Assembly: GCA_009691415.1 (NCBI GenBank)
Contig: SICP01000004.1
Coordinates: 1,960-65,959 of the forward strand
DNA: 64,000 nt
Direction: 5' to 3'
Origin: Candidatus Margulisiibacteriota bacterium
GTDB lineage: Bacteria > Margulisbacteria > Marinamargulisbacteria > SXXA01 > SICP01
The notes under the pieces were generated by a model, which worked only from the letters and a program-made list of their open reading frames with translations, had not been told where the DNA came from and ran no database searches. Below, one piece after another: positions 46,755-56,551 of this stretch (positions are counted from its first letter, which is position 1; each line of letters opens with the position of its first letter). Position numbers and translations under genes: made by a program.

Positions 46755-48569
46755 ATGAAACTCAAGAAAATCAGAAATGTCGCCATTATCGCCCACGTTG
46801 ACCATGGCAAAACCACAATGGTAGATATGCTATTTAAACAAACCGGTACTTTCCGTGAAAACCAACACGTAGAAGAACGTCTAATGGATTCCATGGACCT
46901 TGAAAAAGAACGCGGAATTACCATTATGGCCAAAAACGGTTCATGTGTTTATAACGACTACTTAATTAATATTGTTGATACACCTGGCCACGCCGATTTT
47001 GGTGGCGAAGTAGAACGCGTACTCAACATGGCAGACGGTGCCGTTTTCTTAGTAGATGCCGCAGAAGGGCCTATGCCACAGTCTTACTTTGTACTCAAAA
47101 AAGCCGTTGCCAGAAATATTCCTGTCATCGTAGTTGTAAATAAAATAGACAAACCAGCAGCCAGATGTGATTGGGCAATCGACCAAGTATTCGACCTTCT
47201 GGTTACACTCAACGCACCAGATCACATTTTAGATTTCCCTGTACTTTACGCATCAGCGAAACAAGGTTTTGCCAAACATAAATTAGAAGATGCAGATATC
47301 GACATGAACCCACTTTTCGACACCATTATCGAACGGGTTCCGCATCCAAAAGGCAGTCCAGATGAACCACTTCAATTGCTTGTAAGTACACTAAGTTACT
47401 CCTCATTTTTGGGGCGCTTAGCCATCGGGAAATTAACCTCCGGGAAAATTAAAATCAATCAAAACGTTGCCATCGCAAAAGGGATGGAAGACATGGCGCC
47501 AAGACAAGGCCGGATCACTAAAATATATAAATTCAAAGCCAACAAACAAGAAGAAGCAACAGAAGCAGAAGTAGGCGAAATTATTGCAATTGCTGGTATA
47601 GAAGATATACGAGTAGGGGAAACCATTACAGATATTGCCAACCCTAAACCACTGCCCTTTATCCCTGTAGATCCACCTACTATTTCAATGAATTTCCTTC
47701 CAAACGATTCTCCGTTTGCAGGAAAAGAAGGCGAATTCGTTACCTCACGTCACTTAAAAGAACGTCTGCAACGCGAAATATTGTCCGATGTTGCGTTAAA
47801 CGTTGAAGAACTTACAACCTCATCTGGCTACAAAGTATCAGGACGCGGTGAGCTTCACTTATCTATTTTAATCGAAAAAATGCGACGTGAAGGATATGAG
47901 TTTCAAGTATCCCGGCCCAACGTTATTTTCAAAGAAGTAGACGGTAAAAAAATGGAACCATTCGAAGAATTGACTATTGATGTTGGTGAAGAATCCATGG
48001 GAACCATTATTGAAAGTTTAGGCATTAGAAAAGGACAACTTCTTGAAATGTCTCAAGAAAATGGACTCGCCAGACTTAAATACAAAATCCCAACACGCGG
48101 CATTTTGGGATATCTATCAGAATTCATGACCCAGTCAAAAGGCTTGGGAGTTATGAACTCTGTCTTCTTAGAGTACGCCCCATTCTCAGGCGAAATTAAA
48201 ACACGTAAAAATGGCGTTCTCATCTCCTGCGAAAATTGCACTACAGTAGCTTATGCACTCGACAATCTACAAGAACGAGGCAAACTCTTTATGGGGGCGG
48301 GTGTCACCGTCTACGAAGGACAAATTATTGGAGAATGCAGCCGAGAAGATGACATGACCGTCAACCCAGCAAAAAGCAAAAAACTCACCAATATGCGTGC
48401 TTCAGGTTCTGATGACGCAGTGATGCTCATACCCGCAACACAACTGAGCCTCGAACAATGTATGGCCTTTATTACTGATCAAGAATTGGTAGAATTAACA
48501 CCCAAAGCCATCCGTCTTCGCAAAATAAATCTTAAAGAAAACGATCGCAAGCGTGGGGTAAGAAACTAA
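46755..48569 (+). CDS. typA: Translational GTPase TypA/BipA
   Basis: 604 aa. [28 protein letters not shown]. BipA-like throughout. Confidence 0.95.
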   Translation: MKLKKIRNVAIIAHVDHGKTTMVDMLFKQTGTFRENQHVEERLMDSMDLEKERGITIMAKNGSCVYNDYLINIVDTPGHADFGGEVERVLNMADGAVFLVDAAEGPMPQSYFVLKKAVARNIPVIVVVNKIDKPAARCDWAIDQVFDLLVTLNAPDHILDFPVLYASAKQGFAKHKLEDADIDMNPLFDTIIERVPHPKGSPDEPLQLLVSTLSYSSFLGRLAIGKLTSGKIKINQNVAIAKGMEDMAPRQGRITKIYKFKANKQEEATEAEVGEIIAIAGIEDIRVGETITDIANPKPLPFIPVDPPTISMNFLPNDSPFAGKEGEFVTSRHLKERLQREILSDVALNVEELTTSSGYKVSGRGELHLSILIEKMRREGYEFQVSRPNVIFKEVDGKKMEPFEELTIDVGEESMGTIIESLGIRKGQLLEMSQENGLARLKYKIPTRGILGYLSEFMTQSKGLGVMNSVFLEYAPFSGEIKTRKNGVLISCENCTTVAYALDNLQERGKLFMGAGVTVYEGQIIGECSREDDMTVNPAKSKKLTNMRASGSDDAVMLIPATQLSLEQCMAFITDQELVELTPKAIRLRKINLKENDRKRGVRN

Positions 48570-49601
48570 TTGCAAACCGCTTGCCTGTCGTTTCTTTACC
48601 GACATATTCGTCATTTTGTTATTACGCAGACAAAAGATTTAGAAAATGCAATCGAAGTAGGGGATAAGTGGCTACATCGCTTATACCCTATCTTCAAATA
48701 TATTGCCTTCCATTTTAAAATCCCGCCATCACTAGAAACCAAACTCTACGACCTCACCTTTTCATCACCGCTTACTATCGCCTCATTCAAAGATGACTGG
48801 ACCGTTTTTCGCATCTGGCTCGACATGGGCATGGGCGGCGGAACGTTCAAAACCATCATGTCTCACCCTAGAAATGGAAACCAAAAACCCAGAATCATCG
48901 AAACAAATATAGACGGGAAAAAAGGTCTGATCAATGCGATGGGACTTCCAGGGAAAGGCGTATCAGGCCTCATTGATTATCTCCAAAAACAAGACCTCAC
49001 CACGATTAAAAAACCCATCGGATTTAGCGTCGGGGGCAATAGTACCACTGAATATTTACAAAACCTAAATAGACTCGATGCCTTTCTAGCCAAGAAAAAT
49101 ATCTCCTATTATTTAGAAATTAATATCAGCTGTCCAAACACACCCTATGGACAAGACATGATCAAACACCCTAATCTATTAGAAAAACTATTAGAAGACT
49201 TTCGAAGAACTAGCCAAACCATATTAGGCGTCAAACTTTCACCCGATCAAAACAACGAAGACCTCCTAGAATTTGCAACGCTCATCAAAGAAATTCCAAG
49301 AACATATATCAACATCGGCAACACTAGCTACATAAAATCCACCGAACTCTTTATTGGTGGTGGAGGCCTCAGTGGCCCAGCTTTATTTCCACGCACACTA
49401 GAAATAACCCAGCTACTCAGTCCTATAGGTGTACCTCTCATCGCAACAGGCGGGATTTCATCAGCAAAAGAAGTTACACAACTTTTAGAAAGCGGCGCAA
49501 CACTCGTCGGCATTGCAACACAGCTTGTATTAGACCCCTATCAAATTCCCATAATAAATAAAAAGTTGGTGAAACATGGCCATTTGGAAAAAAGAAACTA
49601 A
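48570..49601 (+). CDS. Dihydroorotate dehydrogenase-family protein
   Basis: 343 aa, TTG start directly after the typA stop. ...NAMGLPGKG..., EINISCPNTP and GGGGLSGPALFP motifs. The N-terminal extension resembles class 2 enzymes, but the active-site residue is Cys. Confidence 0.65.
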   Translation: MQTACLSFLYRHIRHFVITQTKDLENAIEVGDKWLHRLYPIFKYIAFHFKIPPSLETKLYDLTFSSPLTIASFKDDWTVFRIWLDMGMGGGTFKTIMSHPRNGNQKPRIIETNIDGKKGLINAMGLPGKGVSGLIDYLQKQDLTTIKKPIGFSVGGNSTTEYLQNLNRLDAFLAKKNISYYLEINISCPNTPYGQDMIKHPNLLEKLLEDFRRTSQTILGVKLSPDQNNEDLLEFATLIKEIPRTYINIGNTSYIKSTELFIGGGGLSGPALFPRTLEITQLLSPIGVPLIATGGISSAKEVTQLLESGATLVGIATQLVLDPYQIPIINKKLVKHGHLEKRN

Positions 49602-49995
49602 TTTAGAAACCATCAACGAAAACTGTAAAAAAACAGTCGCCAATCATCTTGGTATCGTCTTTACAGAAGTAGGCCCCAACTTCCTCATCGCAAGCATGCC
49701 CGTAGACCAACGCACCATACAACCCGCTGGCATTTTAAGCGGTGGTGCAACCTTGGCTCTCGCTGAAACCGTTGGAAGCGTCGCCGCCCTCATGGCCGTA
49801 GACAACGAGACAACCTGTGTAGGATTAGAAATGAACGCCAATCATCTCCACTCAATCAAAGAAGGTTTTGTATTTGCCAAAGCGAGTGTATTTCATATTG
49901 GGAAAATGACACAAGTTTGGCAAATAAAAGTTAATGGAGCAGACGGAAAATTAATTTCTATCTGCCGACTTACATTAGCAAATTTAGCGATTTAA
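49576..49995 (+). CDS. PaaI/YbdB-type hotdog-fold thioesterase
   Basis: 139 aa. ...QPAGILSGGATLALAETVGS... is typical of the family. Confidence 0.8.
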   Translation: MAIWKKETNLETINENCKKTVANHLGIVFTEVGPNFLIASMPVDQRTIQPAGILSGGATLALAETVGSVAALMAVDNETTCVGLEMNANHLHSIKEGFVFAKASVFHIGKMTQVWQIKVNGADGKLISICRLTLANLAI

Positions 49996-50409
49996 AATCT
50001 CGTCTAAACTCAATTTTCCAGCACCATAAAAAACCAAAATCCCAAACATAACCAAATAGCTCCACTCTTGTAAGCCAAAAATATCCCAGATGCGATGCAC
50101 TTCAGCCAACTCAGCAGTAATGATAGCCACAACCATCGTTGAAGCAAGTAATGCCGCAAACAAACGTGTTCCTAATCCTAAAATAAGAGCAATACCACCT
50201 ACAAATTCAAGAGTAGAAATAAAGATCGCGTTGTAGTAAGGAAACGGTATGCCTAGCAATTCAAAAAACATCGTTACATCAGATAAATGATGAAGCTTTG
50301 CCCAGCCTGTCTGAATAAAAATAACAGCCAATGTCAAACGCAATAAAAATATCCAACTAGCTGTACCTTTATTTAGTAAACCAAAAACTTTTTTGATTAT
50401 TACAGTCAC
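49984..50409 (-). CDS. DoxX-family membrane protein, last gene of the MNIO operon
   Basis: The ORF track begins at 50457. GTG 50409 overlaps the upstream TGA (GTGA) and follows GGGGA, giving VTVIIKKVFGLLNK... with four TM helices. RLTLAVIFIQTGWAKL is DoxX-like. Confidence 0.75.
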   Translation of the reverse strand: MTVIIKKVFGLLNKGTASWIFLLRLTLAVIFIQTGWAKLHHLSDVTMFFELLGIPFPYYNAIFISTLEFVGGIALILGLGTRLFAALLASTMVVAIITAELAEVHRIWDIFGLQEWSYLVMFGILVFYGAGKLSLDEILNR

Positions 50410-51125
50410 GATATTTCCCCTTCTGATTTTTGACACAATAATCCATATTGTATACAAAAAGAAAACAAAGCTTCAATCTCTTTCGTACACAATGCCGTAC
50501 TAATGTGATCAAACGCAAGATCTAACGACGTTCCATTTTGAAGTTGTTGTAACAAATCCTTGAAAACTCTAGGTATCATTTTTTCCTGTACTTTAGAATC
50601 ATGTCGATAAATCAGTCGAAATTGTTTTTTATAAGAAACAAGTTGAACATGTGGCTGAAACTGCAACACAATTTTCATTAAGTCGTCTTTAGAAAAAAGA
50701 GAAGGATCAAGTAATGGTAGTTGAGGAGCAAAAAAACACCAGGCCCTAGCCCATTCATAATCAACAGTTTCTAAAACAGTTTTTTTATTTTTCTGATGAT
50801 ATCTATTTCTCAAAAAATAAGGAAATCGGTTGCCGAGATAAAATAAACTAAAATGCTGTGACCTATAGCTCTGCAAATATTCTTCAGCTAATTTATATAA
50901 AACGTCTTCACCTAAATAAGCCTGAAGAATAGGGAAATCTTCAATCAATGCATCCAAAATTCTAGCCCAATAATCATCCGCATAAATATCCAAACGTTCG
51001 GCCGGCGTTAACGTCTTCGAAGGTTTAATATGAATAGTCGCATTCAAATTTTTTTGCACAATAGAGGCCGTAATATCTACCTGAATTTGAACTAAAAATA
51101 CAGGTGGACTTGGGTTAGATACCAT
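50406..51125 (-). CDS. DUF2063-family protein (MNIO partner, BufC/MbnC-like role)
   Basis: 239 aa. ...RLDIYADDYWARILDALIEDFP... is typical of the DUF2063 N-domain. 11-nt overlap with the MNIO gene. Confidence 0.75.
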   Translation of the reverse strand: MVSNPSPPVFLVQIQVDITASIVQKNLNATIHIKPSKTLTPAERLDIYADDYWARILDALIEDFPILQAYLGEDVLYKLAEEYLQSYRSQHFSLFYLGNRFPYFLRNRYHQKNKKTVLETVDYEWARAWCFFAPQLPLLDPSLFSKDDLMKIVLQFQPHVQLVSYKKQFRLIYRHDSKVQEKMIPRVFKDLLQQLQNGTSLDLAFDHISTALCTKEIEALFSFCIQYGLLCQKSEGEIS

Positions 51126-51963
51126 GTGGTTTCATCACATCATCATAAATAGATTTTGCAAAAGCTAATTCTGAAAGAAGATCGGGAAGGGGAGGGATAT
51201 GATCATCTCGCTCCAACATCAGAGAGACTTGGTCAAAAAGAGGAATGGTCTTACGATACAAGTCCCAAACATCCTGTTGAATTTCATGATCATGAGTATC
51301 CAAAATATACTTGCCTTTATCATCATGGCCCGCAATATGATACTGAACCACACGATCTTTTGGTACATTTCGCATATACTCCATTGGATCAAAATGATGG
51401 TTTTGTGAAGAAACAAATACATTATTTACATCCAATAAAATACCGCAATCAGCCGTTTCTACAATCTCCGTCAAGAAATCCCATTCCGTCATAGTAGACG
51501 TTTCAAATTCTAAATAACTAGACACATTTTCTAAGATAAAAGGCTTTTCAACAAAATCTTGTACAATACGCACACGCTCAGCAACATACTTCGCGACTTC
51601 GGATGTATAGGGGAGCGGCATTAAATTATGAAGATTTGTACCACCAGACGAACCCCAACAAAGATGATCTGAAAACCATGGCGTATCAAGCTTTTTCACT
51701 AAGTTTTTAAGCCGTTTTAAATAATCCATATTAAGAGAATCAGAACTGCCAATAGAGAGCGAAACACCATGAGGCACAACCTTGTAGCGTTCCATAATTT
51801 GATCTAAGTAATAAAGGGGTCTAGCAGATTCCAATAGGAAATTCTCGGAAATAATTTCGAGCCAATCTACTTCAGGCGAAGTAGCTATGAAATCCTCGAA
51901 ATGGATTGTGCGCAGACCAAGGCCAAAACCTAAATAAGGAAGAGAGGAAAATTTTATTGTCAT
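51115..51963 (-). CDS. Multinuclear non-heme iron oxidase (MNIO, DUF692/UPF0276 family)
   Basis: 282 aa. GLGLRTIH, WLEIISENF, HGVSLSIGS, WFSDHLCW, ILENVSSYLEF, LLDVNNVFV, YHIAGH, LDTHDH, LERDD. Confidence 0.9.
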   Translation of the reverse strand: MTIKFSSLPYLGFGLGLRTIHFEDFIATSPEVDWLEIISENFLLESARPLYYLDQIMERYKVVPHGVSLSIGSSDSLNMDYLKRLKNLVKKLDTPWFSDHLCWGSSGGTNLHNLMPLPYTSEVAKYVAERVRIVQDFVEKPFILENVSSYLEFETSTMTEWDFLTEIVETADCGILLDVNNVFVSSQNHHFDPMEYMRNVPKDRVVQYHIAGHDDKGKYILDTHDHEIQQDVWDLYRKTIPLFDQVSLMLERDDHIPPLPDLLSELAFAKSIYDDVMKPHGI

Positions 51964-51978
51964 TATCGTTTAAAATTC

Positions 51979-52008
51979 CAAAAAAAATGGCGGAATCGAA
52001 ATTCCACC
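51979..52008 (-). terminator. Intrinsic terminator/attenuator between the precursor and MNIO genes
   Basis: The minus strand reads ggtggaat-TTCG-attccgcc (8-bp stem, UUCG tetraloop) followed by a, then eight T. It lies in the 74-nt gap between the precursor stop (52038) and the MNIO start (51963). Confidence 0.7.
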
Positions 52009-52037
52009 ATCTGATTTAATAAGCAACTAAAAATTAT

Positions 52038-52325
52038 TTAGTGAGCTTTTTTTTCTGAAGATTTGCAGCTAGCTTCTTTCTTTTCTGCTGTATTTTTTGA
52101 TTTGCATGAAGCTTTACCTTTGCATGCAGCTTCTTTTGCTACTGCGTTTCCTGTAGAAACTGTTGCTGCTTTTTTTACTTTTTTAGAATGTTTTTTTGCT
52201 GCTGATTTAGCTGTTTTCGCTGTTGCTGATTCATCTGCTTTAACTTCTTCAGCAAATGTTCCTACTGCTAGGTTTGCAACAAATAGTCCAGCTACTGCTG
52301 CTGTTAATAGTGCTTTCTTGTTCAT
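52038..52325 (-). CDS. Secreted Lys/Ala-rich three-Cys peptide, putative RiPP precursor for the MNIO system
   Basis: 95 aa. AAGGAG lies 6 nt before the ATG. Signal peptide MNKKALLTAAVAGLFVANLAVGTFA. The core has no aromatic residues and three Cys in the contexts EAACKGK, KASCKSK and EASCKSS. Confidence 0.7.
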   Translation of the reverse strand: MNKKALLTAAVAGLFVANLAVGTFAEEVKADESATAKTAKSAAKKHSKKVKKAATVSTGNAVAKEAACKGKASCKSKNTAEKKEASCKSSEKKAH

Positions 52326-52436
52326 TTGTATCTCCTTAAATTTAATATAGTCTAGTTTAAAACCAAACTCTTAACCAAAAAGATACCATGAAAAAATCAG
52401 TCGATCAAACAAGTGTTTCATGATTAAATTAAATAT

Positions 52437-53366
52437 ATGAGCATTGAAACTCTTCCTATACAACATAATACAGATGCCTACTTAGAACCTTTTTTCACAG
52501 ACATAAAAAAGATTTGGTACGAAAACAATGGCGGCCCCGGCATCGAAGAAATTTTGCTCAAAAAAACAAAAGATCTTAAGGACGGCACACAAGCCGGTGT
52601 GTTTCTAATAGATAATAAAGTCCCAAAAGGAATGGCCTGGATGGAACCTACGGGTGAGCATTACGGCAGCATGCTACTCCATGTCCTCGACAAAAAGTAC
52701 GAACACGCGTTAGCCAAAGCCTATCTAACTAGCGGCGCCAGCAACGGACGTCTACTCGAATTAATTACCTTTTATAAAGATCACCAATATTCAGACTATC
52801 TTCTGCAAGAGGGTCTTCACACACTCCCGAGAAAACGCTTGGCCTTATATCTCGACCAGTGGGAATCCAAAAATCTATCAGATAACGCCATAACCATAAC
52901 CCGATTAACCAAAGAAGACGCCGCAACAACATCAAAATTAAGCAATAAAGCACATGCCATTAGCGGAGATCAGGTGCTCTCTCTTGACATGACGGTTTTT
53001 GAACACCGCTTCAAATTAGAAACGGCCCTATACGAAGGAACCCATGGCCACCTTATCGAACCTGCCACATTACAACTTTCCATCAACAATCAAATGATAG
53101 GTATTTGTAGTGCGGTAGAAGTAAATTGTTGGGGATTCGAAAAAGCAGCTTGGATATTTGACATGTGCATCCATCCAGATTTTCATGGAAGGGGACTTGG
53201 GAAATCCCTCTTCTACAAAACACTAGATGCCCTAAAAGACATGCAATACCCCATCGTTGGATTGGCTGTAACAGAAGGAAATACCTATGCAGAACATCTT
53301 TATGAAACCTGTGGATTTTTTTGGGTCGAAAATTTTTCAGAATTCGGATATCCTATTCAACCATGA
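52437..53366 (+). CDS. GNAT-domain protein (C-terminal acetyltransferase fold)
   Basis: 309 aa. The C-terminal part carries FHGRGLGKSLF (acetyl-CoA motif) and ...AEHLYETCGF. Confidence 0.65.
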   Translation: MSIETLPIQHNTDAYLEPFFTDIKKIWYENNGGPGIEEILLKKTKDLKDGTQAGVFLIDNKVPKGMAWMEPTGEHYGSMLLHVLDKKYEHALAKAYLTSGASNGRLLELITFYKDHQYSDYLLQEGLHTLPRKRLALYLDQWESKNLSDNAITITRLTKEDAATTSKLSNKAHAISGDQVLSLDMTVFEHRFKLETALYEGTHGHLIEPATLQLSINNQMIGICSAVEVNCWGFEKAAWIFDMCIHPDFHGRGLGKSLFYKTLDALKDMQYPIVGLAVTEGNTYAEHLYETCGFFWVENFSEFGYPIQP

Positions 53367-53758
53367 CTAACACAATGATTTCAGTACCCGTCGCCCCAGG
53401 CGAATTAATCGATAAGCTAACTATTTTAGAAATAAAATTAGAGCGCATTTCTGACGCAGAAAAACTAAAAAATATTCATCTTGAAAGAAACTTACTCACT
53501 CAAATTCTAACCAAAGATGTCACCACATCCCAAATTTTATCCAACCTCTCAAAAGAACTTAAAAAAATCAACGAAACTCTTTGGGTAATAGAAGATGATA
53601 TTAGAGATTGTGAGCGACAAAAAGACTTTGGAAATAGATTTGTTGAACTCGCACGCGCAGTTTATTTTACCAATGACAAACGATGTGAAATAAAACGAGA
53701 TATTAATCTACACCTGGGATCTCAGATCATAGAAGAAAAATCATACCAGGCGTATTAA
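53363..53758 (+). CDS. Small conserved hypothetical protein (coiled-coil), translationally coupled to the GNAT gene
   Basis: ATG 53363 overlaps the upstream stop (ATGA). MTNTMISVPVAPGELIDKLTILEIKLERI.... I recall similar proteins (DUF6165-type) beside LPS glycosyltransferases (unverified). Confidence 0.55.
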   Translation: MTNTMISVPVAPGELIDKLTILEIKLERISDAEKLKNIHLERNLLTQILTKDVTTSQILSNLSKELKKINETLWVIEDDIRDCERQKDFGNRFVELARAVYFTNDKRCEIKRDINLHLGSQIIEEKSYQAY

Positions 53759-53764
53759 ACTTTC

Positions 53765-55189
53765 ATGAATAAGCGCCTCACAAAACACTTTCAAAAAACC
53801 GGCGCAAAAATTCTGATTCAAAGAGCCGATAGATTGGGCGACATGGTTTTGGCCTTGCCTGTCATAGAAGCACTCAAAAAACAGTACCCCGACTTAATCA
53901 TACATGTTTTAGCCTCTCCTATTAATGCAAACTTGCTAGCCATGCATCCCCATGTCGAAAAAGTGATTCAGGTCACGTGGAAAGAGGGCCAAAAAGTAAC
54001 CAATAAAAAAGAACTCATTTCCCAACTACGCGCAGAAAACTACACCGCCTACATCTCATTATGGAATCATCCCTATATGGCCTACCTTGCATGGCGCGCC
54101 AAAATCCCTATACGTATCGGAGATGTAACAAGCCTATTATTTCTCACACATAAAATAAATCAATATAGTCACGACATTACCCAACACCAAATTGAACAAA
54201 ATCTACGCCTCATTAAAGATCTTATTCCAGAAAATCAATTACCTATAAAACGCCTCTATCCAGACCCTGCCTGGGAAGAAACAGTACAAACTGCTTATAG
54301 AAACTTTAAAGATCCAGGCAAAAAAACCGTCTTCATTTTTTGTGGCACAGGAGGATCTAGTCACGATATCCCCGAAGCAGCCATTCTTGGATTTATCAAA
54401 AAATTAGCCGACTCTCACCAAGTAATTTTGTCATATGGTGAATTACGCGTTGATAGCATCTTAATAGGTTTAGAACTAAATCATCTCTTAAATATACCCA
54501 GACGATTGTCATTCCCAGAACTGATCTCATGGATTAACCAGTGTGACTATTATGTAGGGGCAGATACAGGCCCCACGCATCTCGCCTCTTTTCTAAACAA
54601 ACCCGTCCTTAATTTTTCGCCCAAAAAAAACCAATTCCCTACTAGATGGGGACCGACGTGTGACTATTTCAAAATTATCAGAGATGATATTCAGTGCAAA
54701 AAACCATGTCTCTCTATTTGTAGGCCAGAAAGAGAATGCGCTTTCCTAGATTCAGACCACTTAACCAATGCATTTTTTGATCTGGTTTCTAAAGTCTCTC
54801 TCCAGGAGTCCTTTAATCCAACCAAAAGAAAACGCGAACATCTTCGACATACTTTTCGTATCGCCTACATCGTGCGAACAAAAACCGAATACACTGCCAT
54901 CCTACCAACGATAGAAAGCCTCCAAGAAAAAAACATTCTGCTATTCCCAGTTTATTTTTCACTAAATCCATACACAAGCTTAAGACGCATACTCACTCTA
55001 GTCACGCGCCGCAACATCACCATTATCCATGGAGAAATTCCCTGTTTTATCGTATGGGCTATTCGTTTTTATATGGCAACCATCAAACAATACGTAGCCC
55101 CAGTACATCTAACACTTCCACTACATCAGTATCTTAAGGGTAACGATTTAATCGATCTCTATCATCTTGCATGGAAAAAAACACGATGA
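53765..55189 (+). CDS. Glycosyltransferase family 9 (heptosyltransferase-like) with a C-terminal extension
   Basis: 474 aa. ILIQRADRLGDMVLALPVIEALK (GT9 N-terminal motif) and ...YVGADTGPTHLAS.... About 130 aa lie beyond the usual GT9 length. Confidence 0.8.
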   Translation: MNKRLTKHFQKTGAKILIQRADRLGDMVLALPVIEALKKQYPDLIIHVLASPINANLLAMHPHVEKVIQVTWKEGQKVTNKKELISQLRAENYTAYISLWNHPYMAYLAWRAKIPIRIGDVTSLLFLTHKINQYSHDITQHQIEQNLRLIKDLIPENQLPIKRLYPDPAWEETVQTAYRNFKDPGKKTVFIFCGTGGSSHDIPEAAILGFIKKLADSHQVILSYGELRVDSILIGLELNHLLNIPRRLSFPELISWINQCDYYVGADTGPTHLASFLNKPVLNFSPKKNQFPTRWGPTCDYFKIIRDDIQCKKPCLSICRPERECAFLDSDHLTNAFFDLVSKVSLQESFNPTKRKREHLRHTFRIAYIVRTKTEYTAILPTIESLQEKNILLFPVYFSLNPYTSLRRILTLVTRRNITIIHGEIPCFIVWAIRFYMATIKQYVAPVHLTLPLHQYLKGNDLIDLYHLAWKKTR

Positions 55190-56547
55190 ACATACTCGTC
55201 ATCAGGCCAGACGCCATAGGCGATGTGATTCTGACACTTCCCCTCATAACGGCATTAAGACAGCTACATCCGCAAGCCCACATCACCTTATTAGCACAAG
55301 CCTATATGAAAGATCTCGGACTACCTATAGACGCACTCATCCCCGCCCCCAAACATAAACGCTACACCATAGAGAATTTTCTTAAAACACGCGCCACTCT
55401 AAAAAAAGAACGATTTGATCGCGTCATTCTTCCTTATTTAGACCTCTATTATGCGCTACTCGTATGGTCACTTAGAATCCCAGTTAGAATCGGTGATAAA
55501 AATCAGTCCATTCCAGCACTTTTTCTAAACAGAGCCATCACACTAAACTACCGAAATATTTGCAAGCACGTCGTAGAGCAAAATTTGGCTCTTGTGAAAT
55601 TTACATCTGTGCCCAAAATAAGTTTGTCCGAAAGTGATGACGAACCATTAAACCAGTACCTTTCAGAACAAGGATGGAAAGGGGAGCCGCTCATTGTCAT
55701 CCAACCGTGTACCGGAGGAAGCGATCAATCTTGGCCATGGAAACACTACGTCTCACTCATCAGAGAAATCCACTTACGTCATCCTCACCATATTGTCCTG
55801 ACCGGGGCAGGAGAGAATGAAGAACGCGTCATGGACATGATTGATACAGGTTGCAGCCAACCCTGTTACCGCATCTCCGGATTTGGAACATTGGGGCTTT
55901 TAAAATCTGTTTTAAAAAAAGCAGAATTAACGATTGGCACCAACACAGGCCCTCTGCACATGGCAGCTATTCTAAAAACACCCGTACTCTCACTTTTCTT
56001 ATCCCCAAAAGTGAAGCCGCTACAATGGGCCCCCTGGAAAACCAGACATATTTGTTGCAGACAAACCCGCAACAAGCCCCTCACCGTAGAAATGGTAACC
56101 CACGCCGTAAATGCCATACTAAGTCCTCAAACACATTTAGATGACACTGCCATGTGGCAACAAGATTTTGCCAAATCAAACAGTGTATTATTTTTAATTT
56201 CTTCAGAAAAAGACTGCAGATATTTCAAATCACTAAGCCCTCATTTTAAAGAGCTCGGCTTACAAATCATCGTCATTGATCCACACAAACGCGTTAAAAC
56301 CTGGGATCATACACCCGTTTATATCGTGTCTAAATGGAACATCGCTACACTATTTCATCTCATCATAAAATACGATGTCACTATCTTGCATCTACCCTCT
56401 ATAAAAATGAAAATAATCTGGTCACTATTACGACACCTCTCTTCATTAAAACTCTATGTGCCACCCATTATTGTCAGCCATGAAAAAGCACTCGAAACCC
56501 CAGAAGAACTAATCGCCGTTTATAAAAATGCATTTGAAAAAGGATAA
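55186..56547 (+). CDS. Glycosyltransferase family 9 (heptosyltransferase-like) paralogue with a C-terminal extension
   Basis: ATG 55186 overlaps the upstream stop (ATGA). The ORF track offers 55171. MNILVIRPDAIGDVILTLPLITALR and ...IGTNTGPLHMAA.... About 120 aa of extension. Confidence 0.8.
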   Translation: MNILVIRPDAIGDVILTLPLITALRQLHPQAHITLLAQAYMKDLGLPIDALIPAPKHKRYTIENFLKTRATLKKERFDRVILPYLDLYYALLVWSLRIPVRIGDKNQSIPALFLNRAITLNYRNICKHVVEQNLALVKFTSVPKISLSESDDEPLNQYLSEQGWKGEPLIVIQPCTGGSDQSWPWKHYVSLIREIHLRHPHHIVLTGAGENEERVMDMIDTGCSQPCYRISGFGTLGLLKSVLKKAELTIGTNTGPLHMAAILKTPVLSLFLSPKVKPLQWAPWKTRHICCRQTRNKPLTVEMVTHAVNAILSPQTHLDDTAMWQQDFAKSNSVLFLISSEKDCRYFKSLSPHFKELGLQIIVIDPHKRVKTWDHTPVYIVSKWNIATLFHLIIKYDVTILHLPSIKMKIIWSLLRHLSSLKLYVPPIIVSHEKALETPEELIAVYKNAFEKG

Positions 56548-56551
56548 AGAA

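Noticed and set aside
52063-52350. 95-aa plus-strand ORF mirroring the putative RiPP precursor
   Set aside because: It is the antisense reading of a GCT/GCA-rich gene. It has no SD or signal peptide, whereas the minus-strand ORF has AAGGAG, a signal peptide and operon context.
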